Part shown: one piece after another, positions 60,816 to 64,000 of the stretch
How positions within the stretch are numbered: the stretch's first letter is position 1
Layout: every line of letters begins with the position of its first letter
Assembly (NCBI GenBank): GCA_963739455.1
Contig: CAVUAK010000001.1
Location: 928,001-992,000 of the forward strand
DNA length: 64,000 nt
Reading direction: 5' to 3'
Source of the DNA: an uncultured Gemmatimonadales bacterium
GTDB lineage: Bacteria; Gemmatimonadota; Gemmatimonadetes; Gemmatimonadales; GWC2-71-9
Program-made: the position numbers and the translations under genes
Notes under the pieces: model-generated
What the model saw: the letters and a program-made list of their open reading frames with translations, nothing else
Databases searched by the model: none
What the model was told of the DNA's origin: nothing

Positions 60816-61997
60816 GCGCCAGGCCCGGCTACCTCATCTCGCTCGGGCAGTGCCTCGCGACGATGAACCTCTACTCCGACGGGCACCCGGCACGCGAGCG
60901 CGCGCTCGACAATTCCTATGAGCGCCTGGTGCGGTTGCTCGAGGGGCAGGAGCGCTTTGACGTCTCGTTCGTCGGCACGGAGACGGTGGTGGGCGACCGC
61001 GCGCTGAGCGATATCGGCGCGTGGGACTGGGCGCCTCGCCTTGCCGGCGTCGGGGTGGAGCGCATCGAGATCGATGTCGGGGTCACCAGCGACGAGTATG
61101 CGCGGTTCGTCGATGATATCTGGCGTCGCCTCAATGGCCGTCCCGACACCTCCGCCGAGGCTCGGCAGATGGTCGAGACATCGATTCGCTTCGGTCCGCT
61201 CCTCGTGCGCGACCTGGGCGGCGGCAACGGCGCGGCGGCGGGCGGTGCGCTCGGCATGCTGACGGGGTTCGCCAGCTCGCTCTCGCTGCAGGACGAGGCC
61301 GCGACGGTCGACTGGATTCACGGCGAGGTATCGCTGAGCGAGAAGCTGCCCGATGGGCGAGGTGGAGGCGGTGGTCCGCTCGCTGTCGGTGGCCATGCAG
61401 ATGGAGCACCGCATGCTGCTCCCGCTGCTCGACCTCAAGCGGTTCGACCAGTACACCACGACGCACGCCTGCAATGTCTCGGTGCTGGCCATGGGCCTGG
61501 CGGAGCGGCTCGGACTTGGCCGCGAGGAAGTGCGCAGCTTCGGCGTGGCGGGACTCCTGCACGACCTGGGCAAGATCAAGATCCCGAAGGAGATCCTCAC
61601 CAAGCCCGGCAAGCTGTCCGACGAGGAGCGCGCCGTCATCCAGGCCCACCCTGTCGAGGGCGCCCGCATCGTGCTGTCGCGCCAGCGCGGGCTGGGGGTG
61701 GCGGCGGTCGTGGCGTACGAGCACCACGTCTGCATCGATGGCGGCGGCTACCCTTCCTTCCGCCACGCCCGCAATTGCCACTACGCCAGCCGGATCGTGC
61801 ATGTGTGCGACATCTACGATGCGCTGTGCACCAACCGGCCGTATCGCGATGCCTGGGAACCGGAGAAGGCCCTCACCTACCTCGAGTCGCGTGCCGGTAC
61901 CGAGGTGGATACCGACATCACGCGCGTCTTCTGTGAGATGGTGCGTGGCAGCATTCCCGCGCGGCTGCCGATGGCCGACGAGCCCGCTACGGCTTGA
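60812..61997 (+). CDS. HD-GYP domain phosphodiesterase with N-terminal YSDGHP domain (frameshift near 61351)
   Basis: AGGAGG RBS and GTGA coupling; DQYTTTH, LLHDLGK, KPGKLS.EE, HPVEG, EHH..DGGGYP, DIYDAL..RPYR. Confidence 0.9.
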
Positions 61998-62925
61998 AGC
62001 GCTCCACGCCGGGCGCCGGCGTCCATGGATGCTTCGGCTCGAACGTGGACCAGAGGAGCGCCGAAACTTGCCGCAGCAGGACGTAGCCCTCGTTGTCCTT
62101 CGTGTACGACGAATCCACCTGCCCCTTCGTGATCACCGAAAAGACGTAGTCTCCCGACGGCGCGTTCACGAGCACCACCTCGGAGCGCGAGTGGTCCACC
62201 GCGCCCTGCTTCGACGCCGCCTGCGTCCACGGCGGGATCTGCGACAGCGCCTCGCCGTTCCAGTAGATCCGGGTCAGCATCCGGTACATCTCCTGGTCCG
62301 CCGCCGGGCTCACCGCACGCTGCTCCCGGATCATCACCAGCAGCTCGGCCATCTCGCGCGGCGTCGTCTGGCCCCAGCCATAGGTCGAGCGCGCCGCCTC
62401 CCGGCCCGGCGTCCGCGAGTTCATCCGTGTCGAGTCGAAGCCGTGCCCCGCGAGCCAGGCATTGATGACCGTACCGGTGCCCACCAGCTTCTGCAGCCAG
62501 AGTGATGCCGTGTTGTCGCTGGTCGTGATGCTGAGCATCGCCACCTGGGCCAGCGGAATCGGCGTGCTGTCGCGCAGCTTGCCCAGCAGGTCGTCCTCGC
62601 CGGCGTAGAGCAGCGAGTCGCGATAGGTGAGCGTGTCGAGCCAGCCGAGCCGCCCATCCTCGATCTGCTGGAAGAGCGTGAGCATGATCGGCACCTTGAT
62701 CATGCTCGCGGTGGGGAACACCTCGTCGGCCCTGATGGCGGCGTACCGGCCGGTCTTCAGGTTCCGTACGTAGATCCCCACCGTACCCTGGAACGGGCCG
62801 ACGAGCTGCTGCAGCCTCGCCTCGAGCGCGGCATCCCGGGACGGCCTGGGCGCACGCTGCGCGGCGGCAGGCACCGAGATGCCCACCGCCGCGAAAGCCA
62901 GAATTCCTGCAAGAACTCTCTTCAA
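61987..62925 (-). CDS. Class A beta-lactamase-like serine hydrolase (exported)
   Basis: FPTASMIK (SxxK), SDN, TTPREM, KQG in place of KTG. Confidence 0.85.
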   Translation of the reverse strand: MKRVLAGILAFAAVGISVPAAAQRAPRPSRDAALEARLQQLVGPFQGTVGIYVRNLKTGRYAAIRADEVFPTASMIKVPIMLTLFQQIEDGRLGWLDTLTYRDSLLYAGEDDLLGKLRDSTPIPLAQVAMLSITTSDNTASLWLQKLVGTGTVINAWLAGHGFDSTRMNSRTPGREAARSTYGWGQTTPREMAELLVMIREQRAVSPAADQEMYRMLTRIYWNGEALSQIPPWTQAASKQGAVDHSRSEVVLVNAPSGDYVFSVITKGQVDSSYTKDNEGYVLLRQVSALLWSTFEPKHPWTPAPGVERFKP

Positions 62926-62951
62926 GTCCTCAAGTCCTCACGCCCTCACGC

Positions 62952-62953
<2 letters not shown>
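62923..62953. repeat. Degenerate 8-bp tandem repeat x4
   Basis: CAAGTCCT CAAGTCCT CACGCCCT CACGCCT fills the intergenic gap. Confidence 0.75.

Positions 62954-64000
<1,047 letters not shown>

Noticed and set aside
5909..61997. Programmed frameshifting or mass pseudogenisation
   Set aside because: No slippery heptamers noticed; the indels are regionally clustered in unrelated genes, consistent with sequencing error.
61987..62925. True class A beta-lactamase resistance gene
   Set aside because: KQG replaces KTG and no ExxLN omega-loop motif is seen; only a family-level serine hydrolase call is supportable.

Overview
High-GC bacterial chromosomal segment. The gene content (Hanks-type kinase with a membrane tail, DinB/VOC/SRPBCC expansions, HEAT + HD-GYP pair) suggests Gemmatimonadota; this is an inference. 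No rRNA, tRNA, CRISPR array, integrase or transposase was recognised. 1-22 kb is a patchwork of small accessory genes: SnoaL, VOC, GNAT, DUF1801, three HTH/ArsR-SRPBCC modules, TetR-SDR and a YCII-YCII-ECF42 sigma operon, several with readable operators and promoters. 22-47 kb is mostly + strand: DUF305-LVIVD, OPT and APC transporters, GNATs, DDAH, Sui1, ATP-grasp, DEAD helicase, a probably exported JAMM-like protein, ABC-F, DinB x3, aquaporin and M28 peptidase. 47-54.6 kb is a complete cbb3 oxidase cluster (ccoNOQP-G-miniH-I-S), with three small genes missing from the ORF track. 54.6-64 kb holds cardiolipin synthase, M1 peptidase, a HEAT-repeat/HD-GYP pair, a beta-lactamase-like hydrolase and a partial ahcY. 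About 20 genes carry 1-bp frameshifts in patches, most likely long-read consensus errors. The best novelty candidate is the coupled HEAT-repeat + HD-GYP pair, whose two proteins share an unnamed N-terminal 'YxxGHP' domain. Other candidates are pervasive leaderless promoters, the JAMM-like protein, the DUF305-LVIVD module and an aquaporin lacking the ar/R arginine.
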